In this document: in pieces, positions 51,536 through 63,794 of the stretch
Layout: every line of letters begins with the position of its first letter
How positions within the stretch are numbered: position 1 is the stretch's first letter
Assembly (NCBI GenBank): GCA_047495785.1
Contig: JBLDXI010000020.1
Span: 744,001 to 808,000, forward strand
Direction: 5' to 3'
Source: Lepidodermella squamata
Taxonomy: Eukaryota > Animalia > Gastrotricha
DNA: 64,000 bases
Translations under genes and position numbers: made by a program
The notes under the pieces: model-generated
The model's input: only the letters and a program-made list of their open reading frames with translations
What the model was told of the DNA's origin: nothing
Databases searched by the model: none

Positions 51536-52991
51536 TTAAAACTTCAATAGGGAGAATACAATCATGGTGATGAGGAAGAAGGAGGGACTGCGCTCGAGGG
51601 CTGAATTTTCAGGCTCTGCGTAGTCGCCAGCGATCATGCCACGGACATGGGCGTACGTACCATTCGTGTGGGGAGCAGGATTGAGCCGAAGAACGCGACA
51701 CATGAGCGGGTAAATATCAATGGTTTTGAAGTCGGTGCCGCTGAGCAGAACGCCTTTCCGGAAGGCTGGGCCTCGAGCAAAGAAGGCCGAGCGCATGTTG
51801 CGGTGAGCAGGGTCAAAGCCATGGTCGCCTTTCGCATTAACCGGGTCGAAAGCGTGAACACGCCCTGAGTAGCCCTCATCCCAACGCAGGGTAAGGGGCG
51901 GTGCACGCTTGCTCTGACGAACATGTAAGTAATCGGGAAGATCTTCCTTTGCCACAACACGTAAGCGTGGAATCTTTCTCAGCTGCTCTTCAACCTCCTC
52001 AGCGTATTCTGGAAAATAACGTAATAAATCATAAATCAAAATCAATTGGCAGAGTTAGGCTTATACCTGGCTTAGGCCAAAGCTGATCCCGGTCGATGAG
52101 TTCGAACTTTTTAGGGTCTACATACTCCGACAAAGCGATTGAGTCTTTGATCTCGGACATGCCATTTCCTGACACGATCATCAAATTCATTCGCTCGATT
52201 AGATTAACCTCGTTTAGTCGCTGGAAGAAGTAACCAATGACCGCATCCAGAACTAAATAACAGAACTTTTAGCTTAAGGTCAGAAAATCAAATCAGAACT
52301 CACGGAATATCCCTTCGCGGATCTGTGGATGATTAGGCCCATAAGTGTGGCCAATATTATCAAGCAGTTCGAGATGAATTAGGGCAAAGTTAATCGGAGC
52401 TCTTGCGTCAGTGAACCATTCAATCACTTGATCGATTCTGTCAATATAGGGGATTGTGACATTGAACGGTCTGTAACGTGGTTGCTTGTAGCCTCCAGCG
52501 GGGAAATCAATGGCTCCAAGTGGCCACATCATCAACCCTGATCGGCGGTTCGAACTTCTTTTCGCGTTCGAGTGCCATATCGGCTCGGCTACGTTGTCGA
52601 ACCAACGAGTTGACTTCTCGGCATTTCCATCGTCTACAACTCCGTTTGGCCACGACCAAGTCGTCCACTTTTCGTGCAGCTCAGGGTCGAACATGTTATC
52701 GCCGACAAAGCCGTGGTGTTCGGCGTACAGCCCGGTTACCATCGACATGGCATTTGGCACGGGCTTAGCCGGGAAGACAGATTCTACGTACTTGGCTCGA
52801 ACGCCCGTGTTCGCCATGTAGTCGAGCATGGGAGTTGGCACAGCAAATTTGGCCAAATAGTCCCATCGGAAGCCGTTGACATTGATAACAGTGAGCAGTG
52901 GGGGCGATGAGCTGAGTTCTTCGGAAAAAATCAGATCGGTGCCGAGGAGGGCGGCGATGACCGCCGATAGAATCAAGTGCTGTAACGGCAT
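51536..52991 (-). CDS. ENPP4/5/6/7-like ecto-phosphodiesterase homolog, predicted catalytically inactive (3 exons)
   Basis: Signal peptide, 'GFRWDY', 'PN..SMVTGLYAE.HG.V.D.M.DP', 'EPIW', 'D..GH.YGP', 'HGFD', hydrophobic C-terminus. Two GT-AG introns. Confidence 0.88.
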
Positions 52992-53641
52992 AGACGAACG
53001 AGCTGTGTGATAAGAGCGTTTTTCCCGCCGTTCTGAGTTTTGCGTCTCTGCGCGCCGGCGGTAAGGGGCTGCAAGCGCCGGCAGCGGCTATTTCTGTGTT
53101 TACTATATTCTTACCAGGGCCTGGTTTTTTCTTATTATTATTATTGACAGACTGTGATTATTTTATGAGACAGAATAGGAGAGCCGCATTTTATTATCAT
53201 TATTCTTCTTCCCATCATTGCCATTATTATCGTAGGATACGTGTGCGGCAGAAGAGCGCGGGATTAATGCACGCGCCGTCTCTCTACTCGGCGTCAACGC
53301 ATTGTCTTTCAGTTCTTATCGCCGATGCCATTACAACAGACTGTAGGTGGAGGAGAGAATGACTGGATACCTGCATGGCAGCGGGCTTATAGGTGCAAAC
53401 GACTTCTTCAGCAGCCGAGTCTTCTTCATCCGTTTATGCGGCCCGAGTGACGAAGGTGGTATATCAGCACAGGAACAAGAGGCGAGGCAGCTTGCTCTTG
53501 ACTCTGTATTAGTGTCAACATATGACAAGACCCTGAAGATGCACTTCTACTCATGGCAGTACGATGAGATGAGCAGTTAGTTAGTGATGAGTCATCATTG
53601 GAATGCCATCAACCGTATAACCGACAGCATACAAACCTTTC

Positions 53642-56118
53642 TCATAGGTAGTATCCTGGGCGCAACTGTGAATGAAATCTTTAGGATTAGAGACTTCGAA
53701 TAGTTACGAATTACCTTAGGGCCGAAAAGTATCCCACTTACTACAGCAGCCATCAAAATGCTAAGCGTCATGAGTCCCGTCAGACGGGAAGGCCAGCTAA
53801 GTCCATCCAAGTCCCATAAAACGAAGCTTGAGCAAAAAATGACGATTGTCAAGAAGTAAATCACGACGCGGATTTGGCGCAGATCGCAAATCCCATGCAG
53901 AAACGATTGTCCGCGGAAAACGTAGCATAGTCTTAGAGTGTTCAATATCTTTGTGACAAATATTCCATACATCATCCCGCAGCACGTGATAGCTAACGAT
54001 GACTGATATTTGAGCTGACACCTGAACTCGAAATACTGCGTAGCTACTGTCGGCTGAGTCCGATCCAGCCTGAGTGGGTCGTCAACTCGAACGGATTCGA
54101 TTGGCTGAACAGCTAGCCATACAATCATAGGCAGGGTGAAAATCACGGCGCCGCAAGGAATTGTTGAGTAACTCGATCTCAAGTAATTTTTCTGAGCAAT
54201 TTTCACAAACCACACATCCTCAAACGCCAGCGAAACGCCGTCACTCTGGGAAAGGAAAGAACGTGATGCTCGAGTCGTTTTAACGTTCATCGGTCTCATC
54301 TTGAAATTTGTTGTAATAGCAGAATAAGACCGTCGATCCTCTGCTCGTAACGCTCCGATGAGGTTAGTCAATACAAACGCGTATTGCACCTTCATAGCCA
54401 ACGCGCAAGTCATTAAGGAATAACCGAAAACGAAACCAATGCATGCCGCAGTGCAATCGACCTGCATTCTCGCATAATTTTCGATTGTCATTATCAGCGT
54501 TGAGATTAGGACGAAAATTACGCCGACCAGAATCCATGCGTTGAATTCCGGGGATGATTTCGCGACTTTTCGAATGTTCCGTTTTTTCAACGTAAGATAC
54601 AGAAGAATCAAGTCGAAGACAAGAAAAATTGACGCAAATGCTTTGATGAGCGAATTAATTGCCGGTGATATGGTGGTTTGGTGAATTTGCCGTATCGAGA
54701 TTGAGTCGGGAGGTGGGTTGTTTTTGAAGGTTCGCCATTTGTACTCCCCGGGCCTATTAGTGACATTACTGCCATTCAGTACGCTAGCAACGAGAACTCG
54801 AACTAATTGATCTTGACTAGCATTTACTAACTGCAATTGAGTGAGTTCGATTGTTGGCGATAAACTGTACTGATTGATCGTCATGAACTCTTCATGAAAG
54901 ACACGCATTATAGATCGACCTGATTGCAGAAATATCAAACTGTTATGGGTCCAATCGAGGAGAGAACCATTTTTTAGGTCAATGGTCTTCAAAGACCGCA
55001 AAGCGGCATCAGCTAGGTCGTAACAGAAGTCCGCTGACCCAAAACGCTTCGGGGAAAACAGAATAAAACTAGAATAGACCTCTATTAATTCCGCTATCGA
55101 ACAATTGATTTCGGCATTTGAAAAACTGTCGATATTCCCCGGGTTGAAGGTAGTTAGGAAAACGTAATTAGGGCCGTAAATCTTCAATTTGAACAGATTG
55201 CAGGCTACCAAGGGCACTTGGGTTGTACTGATGATAATTATTCGAGCATCCCACGATTTTAGTTTCAATGCAGCTGTTTCGATTTCTGCGGACAAGTTGT
55301 TAATGCTGGGAATATTCAAGAATCGCCCCCTTCCTGCTGAGTTGATTCCAGATTGTTTGAGAAGGGTTACCATTTCCTCTTCTTGGACATGCCAAGTGTC
55401 GCTAATCTCGCTAAGCATAAACACTTTCTGCCATCCATTTATCCGCAGGAATGCAGCCAAAGCTTGATAGCCAACCTTTCGCCATGGTTGGAGGGAAACT
55501 GGCGATGCCAGACTCAAATAATTCACCTGTTCAGCGGGTAAGAAAAAATTTCTCGAGATACCCGAAAATGTCGACCTACCGCAGTAAAATTTTGATGCCG
55601 TAGTACTGCTGCTTTTAAAATATGGTTAGGTCCCAAAATAATTGGTAGCCTGGGAAAATCTGCATCTAGGCGATTGAGTGAAATTTCGATTCCAAGCCTG
55701 CTCAACTTTTCATCAGCATCCTTTTTGAAAAAATTGTTTTTAATCATCGCTTAAAATTGGTTTAGGAAAGTTATACCTCGGAAAATACTTCGAACACAAA
55801 TTGATATTTCTCGTAGAAATATTCTTTGCTAGCTTTGATTAGTGCTCTTCTAAGATTTTCCGTGCAGTTTTCACGGTCCAATGCTAATTCTTGGAAAGTT
55901 TTAAAAAGTGGAGAAAACCACCTTAATAATAAATTACCATTGCTTAACAATATGGGAATAGCTATTTGAGGAGGCCCATCTTCATTATTTTCCAGCTTGA
56001 CCAAAGCTACGGCCGAACATCTGTCGAACAGTAAAAGAAGAAAAATTGCGACAATCATTCGAATACGAGATATCAAGTCTAGCGTAGGAATGATGAGATC
56101 AAGCTTTGCGATTGACAT
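53642..56118 (-). CDS. GABA-B-like class C GPCR, paralog A (4 exons; start ATG 56118 or 56058)
   Basis: VFT-like 'PIILGP', 'GW.KV..L', 'LK..DARIII', 'IYGPNYVF'; 7TM with 'SSPEFN..IL.G', 'GYSL....L.MK' and 'FGPK'. Last intron gives tail LRPGYYL*. Confidence 0.8.
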
Positions 56119-56230
56119 GCTTAATTTGATAAAAAAAAACTGTCTGAATCGAACTATTTTATTTTGGCTTTTCAGAGCTAATGAAGGCGGTTGAGCAATT
56201 ATATTTGTCGGTTTTATATTATAACCGACG

Positions 56231-56523
56231 TCACATCTTCGGACTTCTCGTACAAAGGATGACGATTAGCAGGATGAATGCCATCAAACAAATGCCACCG
56301 ATGATAAGTCCTATCATTAAATTATCGTCCAGACCCGTTCGCTGTATCTTAGGATCTCCCCAATACTTGGGTGTTTGCCCATTTACTATAAAAAAAATTG
56401 CAAATTTAACCTCACAAAAAGTGGACAATTCGTCTCAGTAAAATCACCTGAAGAGGGTCCGATGTCTAGCAGCCCGAGCGGCGAAAGCACGAGGATAAGC
56501 GCAAACATGCATCGAGATAGCAT
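56231..56523 (-). CDS. Unannotated single-pass membrane microprotein (~76 aa, 2-3 exons)
   Basis: A signal-like exon (56448-56523) is joined by phase-1 GT-AG intron 56386-56447 to ...YWGDPKIQRTGLDDN-TM-CTRSPKM*. A further intron could instead give the tail KISEKPK*. Confidence 0.6.
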
Positions 56524-57252
56524 CTTCAAGTTTAGGATGTTACAACGAGAAAAAAGTTTGATGCGTTTACAGCGCTGACAGTTTTCTCGAGCTGGCGAAC
56601 AAAACAACTCAGTAGGACTCGGCAGTCACACTTCGTTGCCTTCGTTGTAGCGAGCAGCGTATATCATAACAATAACAAGCCGTCGCAAAACAAAGCGACA
56701 CAGGAGCAGTCATTATTATAGACACAAAAAGTAAAGAAATTATCACTTCTTTTTAGGCTTTAACAATGCATATATCACTGCGGGTCACGCTAATGTATGC
56801 GGTTGCAAAGTTAACCAGGAATTTCAATTTTATTATAAGGAGGATTTAAATCATTTTTTTCAGCGGTAACGATTGCTCCAAGGCCCATATTGACTTTGGC
56901 ACGGTGTTGTTATAAATTATAGAATGCCGGAAGCCGTGGCACATCCTCTGCTGTGCTTTTTTCTGCACGAGACTCTAACCGCGACACGAATTCAAGACAT
57001 CAGACAGACTGAAGACTTGCATTCGAAACAGCGTGTTGATGCCGGAAGCCGGATGCTGGCAGATATGCTCTCAAGACTGCGTGACGGGAAGGTTCAGGCT
57101 TATCAACGAACCTGGGCCCAGCCCACTCCAACTCGGTCGCTGTGAAAGTTGACACTTTAATTGAAAATGCAAGCAAACATTGTTTCATGAATGAATTTTT
57201 GCGCCATGCCTACAAAATGAATCAGCTCATTTTTGCAATTTTCAACTCCAAC

Positions 57253-60153
57253 ATGAGAATATTAATTGCAATATTAATAGCGACAAATGCTTTCATTTTT
57301 AAACCCACCTACGCCCAGAGTAACATGAAGGCATCGTTCTACGACCCGATGCCCTCTGTTATCAAGCCGAGTAATTTGGGCGGATTCGCGTCTTCAAAGC
57401 CTGAGTTATCAGTACTCAGCTCTATATCTTATGGCAAGTATCTCACTTGAAGAGTTGGGAAATTTTGATAAATTTCGATTTTAAGGTGGCACTTTACTAC
57501 CATTGGGACCGCTATGCACGGAAGGTATCAGAATCGCAGTTCAAGAGATCAAACGTAACAATCTATTCGACCGTTTTGATCTGGTGGTTGAGAACTACGA
57601 CGATAGGGTGAGTAAAGAAAAACAATGCAGCCCACACATTTTATTTATGAATTTTTTACCGCAGAGCAATGCATCGATTTCAGTGCGACCTATCATTGAT
57701 AATTTGATGAGAGCAAGTTTCAACCGCTTGCCCATCCTACTGGGGCCTACATTCAGCCTTCAGCGTCAAATCGCCCCAATTTTAAGTCACCTAAATTTCA
57801 TCGGAGTGCGTGAAATTCGGGAAAATTAAGGTTGAGTAGCTATAAACTTTAATTTTCCAGATCGCCGCTATTGGACCAGGTGAGAATCGCCCGGACGATC
57901 GAAAATCCACCGGTTCATTCTACGTCCTGCATCCTTCGATGGAAACATTTTATCGATCAGTTCATGCCCTGGTTAAAGGCAACGGATGGTCGCGGGTGTA
58001 CCTGCTCACTGAAACCTCAGTGGCTAAATCAAACGTGAGCCAGCTTAATAATATCGCAATTTTTTTACGCATTGAATTTTTTAGAGACAAATCGCCATGA
58101 TGGAGGAGTTTTCGAAGCGCAACATGACTTTGGCTGGGAGGGCTGAAATTAATTTGCCCCCTGGTGCTAGTATCCCTCAGCAGGAAGATATCCTCGAGGC
58201 CCTTACTGTCCTGAAATCAATGGATGCCCGAATAATTTTGATGGATCTAGCGTCACCAGCCTACGTCGCCTGTTTGATGTTCAGGCTTGGTATTTACGGC
58301 CCGAAATTCGTCTTCGTCAGCATCAGTGGCGCCAACTTTCTGCCGAACGATAAACTGCGTTACGGCTGGTGCAACGAGCGCATGCTTTACGAGGTTCTGC
58401 AGAGCTTTTTGTTTTTAGGGCAGGAACTTAACGCTAATGCGAATCCGGAAGACACAGACGCGATGGGTATGACAGGCTCAAGGTTCGACACAACGCTTAG
58501 AGAGCGCATCGATCGACCCGATTTGAGCCCGTACTGGTTCAGCTTGAGAACCTTTTGCTACGAACAAACTGTCGCAGCTGCGATGGCACTCAGTGAAGTG
58601 GAGGAAAAATTGAATGAAGGTTCGTAAATTTTACTGAATTAAACAAAAATGATCCCTATTTTTTTATAGTTGATGATTCATTGATAAATTGGACTGTGAA
58701 CACGAAAAAATTTCAAACTTATGGCCATCATCTTCACAGAGAAATCAGAGCTATTGTTGAGAAGCTTCAATATCAAAGTGTTGGGGTTAATGTTAACCAA
58801 ACGTTCAATTCTCGCCAAGGAACCACTATTTTCTACCAAGTTCAGAGCGCACCTCGATTCGAACAAGATGCGCTGTATTCCGATAGGATTCGCGTAGTTC
58901 CAGTTGGGCGTTACGATGAAGTGACTGACTCGATGGTTCACGGTCCTTACTCGTATTCCTGGAGGACTGCCAACGGCCTGCCCCCAGTAGATTCTCTGGC
59001 TGTAATCGGGACAGTTCAGCCGGTAATTGATCGATTGACGGATGCTTTCTTCAAATCCATCGCCGCTGTTATGCTGATAATTGGTTTGATTCTATTGAAA
59101 TTGAATTTCCATCGAATGCGTCGCTCGAAGATCAAGAAGACAATTCCTGAGATGAATGGGTTGATTTTGATGGGGCTCTGCGTGATCATCGCCAGCTTAC
59201 TGTTTCTACCCGGTCATAGCTCGGAAACAGTCAACGTCCAATGCACGATAACAGCGATTCTCCTCGTTTTCGGCTTCACCCTGGCTACAACAGGAATGTT
59301 GGCCAAGCTCCAGATTTGCTTCCTGGTGTGGCAAAACTTTGAAATGAGCAAAAACGCCGAGGAATCCCCAACGCAGTCACCAATATCATTAACAAATCTT
59401 ATGAACATCAAACGTCGAACGCCGATAATGCGTAGACCGAGTGTTGCGCCATATTTGTACCCTAGCATGCCTAGGCTATCACTAGCAGCCGCTCTACCGC
59501 CGCCAGGCCGGCGAGGATCGCGGCTGTATAACCTGAAGAACCACGAAAAAGCTTTCATTCACATGCTGATCGAGCCAGCTATCATTCTCACGGTGTTGTG
59601 GTCGTTGATTCAAACGCTTATTCTAGGCGTGTGGCTTGTTAACAAGCCGTTCAAGGTTGTTAATGTAGCGAGCGACGACTCAACCAGTGACGCCATTGCC
59701 ATTCGTAGTTACCGCTTAGCCTGTCAAGCTCAGGTCACTTCACCCTCAGATATTGGACTACTCGCCAGTTTCCCTTGTCTATACGCTATAGTTTTTGTTA
59801 GATCTATTCTTCTATCCTACAGTCTGCGAAGACAGGTATAGTTTATCTTTGGCAATTGATGAAAATTATAAAAATTTTATTTAGGATTGGGCCCTTTGTG
59901 GAGCGAGTGATTTGCACCTCATTACGAATGCCACTTACGCAATTGGAATTTTCGTCTCAGGGACTTCAGTGATTCTATTCGCATTCCTACGGCAGGATCC
60001 GACTGATTTTTCGACAATGCTTTCAGTGATAATTCTGGGCATCGCCATCATAGGACTCGCCGTTATTTTTCTTCCCAAGGTAAGGTGACATATCGCCTCA
60101 TTTGATATAAGATCCATTTTTTTCTTCAGGTTCGCAAGCGTTACTTCTTGTAA
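57253..60153 (+). CDS. GABA-B-like class C GPCR, paralog B (8 exons)
   Basis: 'PILLGP', 'GWSRVYLL', 'LKSMDARIIL', 'IYGPKFVF', 'PEMN.LIL.G', 'GFTL...MLAK', 'FLPK'. First intron is GC-AG (57434-57485). Tail VRKRYFL*. Confidence 0.82.
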
Positions 60154-60304
60154 ATCGTGCGGATATGTTTATATCGGAAATCACGCCAGAGTTCACGCGG
60201 AAGTTCAGCCGTAACACTTCAAAATGATTCATATGTCCATAATTTCTAATAAAGCGACGCTTTCAGCTTTTCAATGAATGATTGCTGAAAGCTGATTTAT
60301 TTTT

Positions 60305-61465
60305 TTAATATTTTCCACCTGTAATTGCCATAAACGCAGCATAGCCATTAATTACACCGAAGAAGAGTAAAGCGACAGCAAATACGAAAAAGTCAACAAT
60401 ACGTCCCTTAGTTATATGAAATTGCCGGTAAATGTACACTTTTACGTTGAAGAATTTCGGCCATCCGTGAACGTAGCCGCAGCTTAGCAATGTGTAAATT
60501 GTCAGAGCCCATGAGAATAGAATTGCAAAATCGGTGTAATTTCCGAGAAAGGTTCGTTGCGGTTTATCAGGAACGTGCTTCAAAATTTGACCTTGGAGGA
60601 AGGTCTGGGCTAATAGCAGGGTCACGCTGAACATTGGCCGATCTGGGAGGTGAGGAACCATGAACAGGGAGGCCAGGCTCAAACTCGATAGTAAGCAGGA
60701 AGGGGCGAGGAGGTTGTTCAGATAAAAGTCTGGAATCCTCCTCATTCGAAACGAAAAAGTTGCCATACTCCGATTTCCTAATAGATCGATCAAGCTCAGC
60801 CGCGTGTAGATTCCCTCCATCACCCAACTTTCCGTCTCGCTGATGAAATTCGGCTTAATATCGAAGGTTGCTGAGATGAAACCGACTGCTGACACGAATT
60901 CTTGCATAGCAAACTCAACTGTGCAGTTTTGACTATCGAAAGGGAACATTGCGAACCTGAGGTCGCATTTCGAAGAAAAAACGCCGTAGCGTTGCCAGGT
61001 GAACTCGAAGGTGTTGTTCTTCATTGTTTTCACGAAAAGCCGGTTGTTGAATCCATCGACCATTCCGTAGTTATTCACTGTATTCTGATGATTAACATTA
61101 GGTTTCCAGAAATAGTCCGATACTAAATAGATCGTTTTCTGGCGGGGAAATGTGTACTGAAGGCATGTTACATTCCAGGCAATACGAACTGATCCGGAGA
61201 ATGAAAACGTCTCGCCGATATCGTCGATTCCGTGAAAATGGCCGGGTTGAAGAACAGCAGTTACATTCGTTCGTTGACATATTGGCGTGACGGCAGATCC
61301 GCCTTCGGGACATGTTGGCGAGTAAATTTCGGGTGAAAATTTCGAGCAATTAACCATGAGTTCGGTCATTTGAGTGTGAATAAGCTCCATTAACAGTTCA
61401 CTGGCAGCTTTATCAACCAATATAACCAGCAGAAGGAATAGAAATTGAGATAATAAGGCAAACAT
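60305..61465 (-). CDS. Divergent Cys-loop (pentameric) ligand-gated ion channel subunit, intronless
   Basis: Signal peptide, 'FWKP', Cys-loop CDLRFAMFPFDSQNC, 'MRRIP.FY...L..P', four TM segments and a short M3-M4 loop. Confidence 0.88.
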   Translation of the reverse strand: MFALLSQFLFLLLVILVDKAASELLMELIHTQMTELMVNCSKFSPEIYSPTCPEGGSAVTPICQRTNVTAVLQPGHFHGIDDIGETFSFSGSVRIAWNVTCLQYTFPRQKTIYLVSDYFWKPNVNHQNTVNNYGMVDGFNNRLFVKTMKNNTFEFTWQRYGVFSSKCDLRFAMFPFDSQNCTVEFAMQEFVSAVGFISATFDIKPNFISETESWVMEGIYTRLSLIDLLGNRSMATFSFRMRRIPDFYLNNLLAPSCLLSSLSLASLFMVPHLPDRPMFSVTLLLAQTFLQGQILKHVPDKPQRTFLGNYTDFAILFSWALTIYTLLSCGYVHGWPKFFNVKVYIYRQFHITKGRIVDFFVFAVALLFFGVINGYAAFMAITGGKY

Positions 61466-61809
61466 TTCAATTTCATATACTGATGATCCTCTAAGATGCG
61501 AAATTTTAAGACATACTAATTTTCTGTGGCATAAATTTGCCTGGATTGCGATTATTTTGAAAATACCTCAGATTCATCAAAGAACTCAATTGAGAGACAC
61601 TTTTAAGATTTTTAATGGAAATTAATCAATAACACTTAAGATATAGGTGAGACTTGCTGTGCGATGGTTCGCCCATTACCTCTCAGATATCAAGCAGATA
61701 TATTTAAGGCGCGAATGTTCCACTTTTAGTCGCAAAATAGCAAACATATAAGACAGCTATGTACATATATTACAAAAATGACGATGTGACCGTCAAATTG
61801 GTCCAATTT

Positions 61810-62916
61810 TCAAGCATGAAGACTTTGCATTACTTCGATAACCAGCGCGCTAGATTTTCTTAGATCAGGATACCTTTCCAAAATAGCCCGTATCGCCGTG
61901 AATCGCCTTTCGCCGATGCCAGACAGTTTCAACAATAAATTCGAGATTGCGGCTTTTCTGTCTTGGTCGCAGCACTTTTCACTAATAGCGTTCAAATAAC
62001 GAGCTGGCTTTGATTCGCCAGATAGGGCACCGTAGAAAAGAGTGGCCAGAAGCAATGCTTTTTCCGATTTCGATGGAGAGCAATGATTCAAGGCATCGCG
62101 GATTACCACGAGCTCATCCGTACTATACTGTAGAAAATGACTGATGATAATAAATTCATTTATAATAAAATTATAAGTAAATTACAGAGAGCTCGGGAAA
62201 AAGACAGCTGATTTCTTCCAGTAGGTATACCGTTCTTCGAAAAGTCGCCGCCGAGTTGCACATGGCAATTATTGAAATGAGAGGTGTTGATTGGGCGAAA
62301 AGCTTGCAACGATCTGAATAATCGAGCTCTTTGAAACCAGGGATTCGTCTAACAAACTGAGATAAGATTTGAGCTATCTCACAGCCATTCGTCATAAAAG
62401 CTTCCCAGACACCGACATATCCGCTGGATGAGTTGATAAAATGCCTGCTTCGACACTCGTTGGCGTCCTTTATAAACGATGCTGACGCTGCTACAAGGTG
62501 TTTGAAATCTTGCTCCATTTGCGCGACATCCTGACAGAGTGGTTTCTTGAAGATCACACATTCAGACTGGGATATGCTTGATTGCCCATCCTCGATCGGC
62601 ATTGCTCGAAAGTTCATACCAGCGCTAATGCAACGATCGAACCTGCACTTCGGACACATCTTTCGCCATGCAAAATTAGATCTCTGAGTAATTTCGCTGG
62701 CTCTTGAGTTTTGCCAGCAAGAATTGGCGCTGTGCTGCAATTTCTGATAGACCAACCGCTGTCTGGTGAAGAATCGTTTACAGGCGTGGCAAATTGCTCC
62801 GCCCCGGTAAGAAATAGCTGCATTTGCCCCACAAATCTGATAATAAATGCAATATTATGAATGTTAAATTGAAAATACCGTTCTATTACTGTGCACAATC
62901 GTCCAGATTCAGCCAT
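61810..62916 (-). CDS. Divergent nuclear hormone receptor (3 exons)
   Basis: CT|IC...CHACKRFF...CPKCRFDRCISAGM DNA-binding domain (intron 62838-62889). LBD signature 'FVRRIPGFKELDYSDR..L'. Confidence 0.82.
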
Positions 62917-63590
62917 GTAAATCGATAATCGATACAGACCCTGCTTAGGTTTGCGGAGACTCAGAGTTGCTGCGTCTAATGCTTGAAAAATACTAAATGA
63001 TCGAGCCACTCTCAATTTGTAAATTGCCGTGAAATCTAATCACATACACGCTTCAGTGAGTTTTTTTCTACCCGGCTGTCTCAGGCCTGAGGTACACATA
63101 GTTCTCTGTGATTGAACTTGACAGGCTTCACTGCTATTGGTTGTCAATCAACAGCCAGTCAGATCTATTTAATTGCTAATCATGAAATTCGGGACTGACA
63201 ATTTTGTGTTTTCACGGATTTTATTGAATCGGAACTGACACATTTATATTATCGTTTAAAGTTTTTGTACAAACCTTCACATTCTGGTAACGGAGTGCTT
63301 CATTAGTCCCAGATTAGTCTAATGGACGACACTGCTCGCTAATAATATGTCAAGAGCACACCAATTTAACTGACTATGGGCGTGCTCAAAAAGTCTCAGA
63401 GCTTCAGAATGCAGTTTCTGAATTGCTCAGGATTGTTTTCTGATTGCGTACTAATATTTTCAACTGAAAATCCAAGGGAAGGAAGAGCAACTCAATTGAA
63501 GGAAAATGGTCTAGTTACGGACATTTCTCAAAAAGCATTTGATTTTCCTTTTTTGGAAATAAACGCCAAATGGAAAACAGTCCCTGCATA

Positions 63591-63794
63591 GAGCACCCCG
63601 CCCTAATTTCGGCCACTATTTAGGTATTTCCTACTTTGCCAGCCACGTGAATTTTTAGAAAATATTCGGCAAAAGCAGAATTAAAGACAAGTTCTTAGGC
63701 TATCGAATGCCGCTTTCCGCGAGTCCGGACGATTTTACCTTGATTTATGGTGAATTTTTTAGTCACCCGGCCGGAATTAGGGAGCGAGGTGCCC
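63591..63794. mobile_element. Probable MITE with imperfect ~25-nt terminal inverted repeats, flanked by TA
   Basis: TA|GAGCACCCCGCCCTAATTTCGGCC ... GGCCGGAATTAGGGAGCGAGGTGCCC|TA; no coding capacity. Confidence 0.6.

Noticed and set aside
53347-53580. Short plus-strand ORF between ENPP and GPCR A
   Set aside because: No recognisable homology or supported gene structure; it could be a stray exon fragment but cannot be supported.
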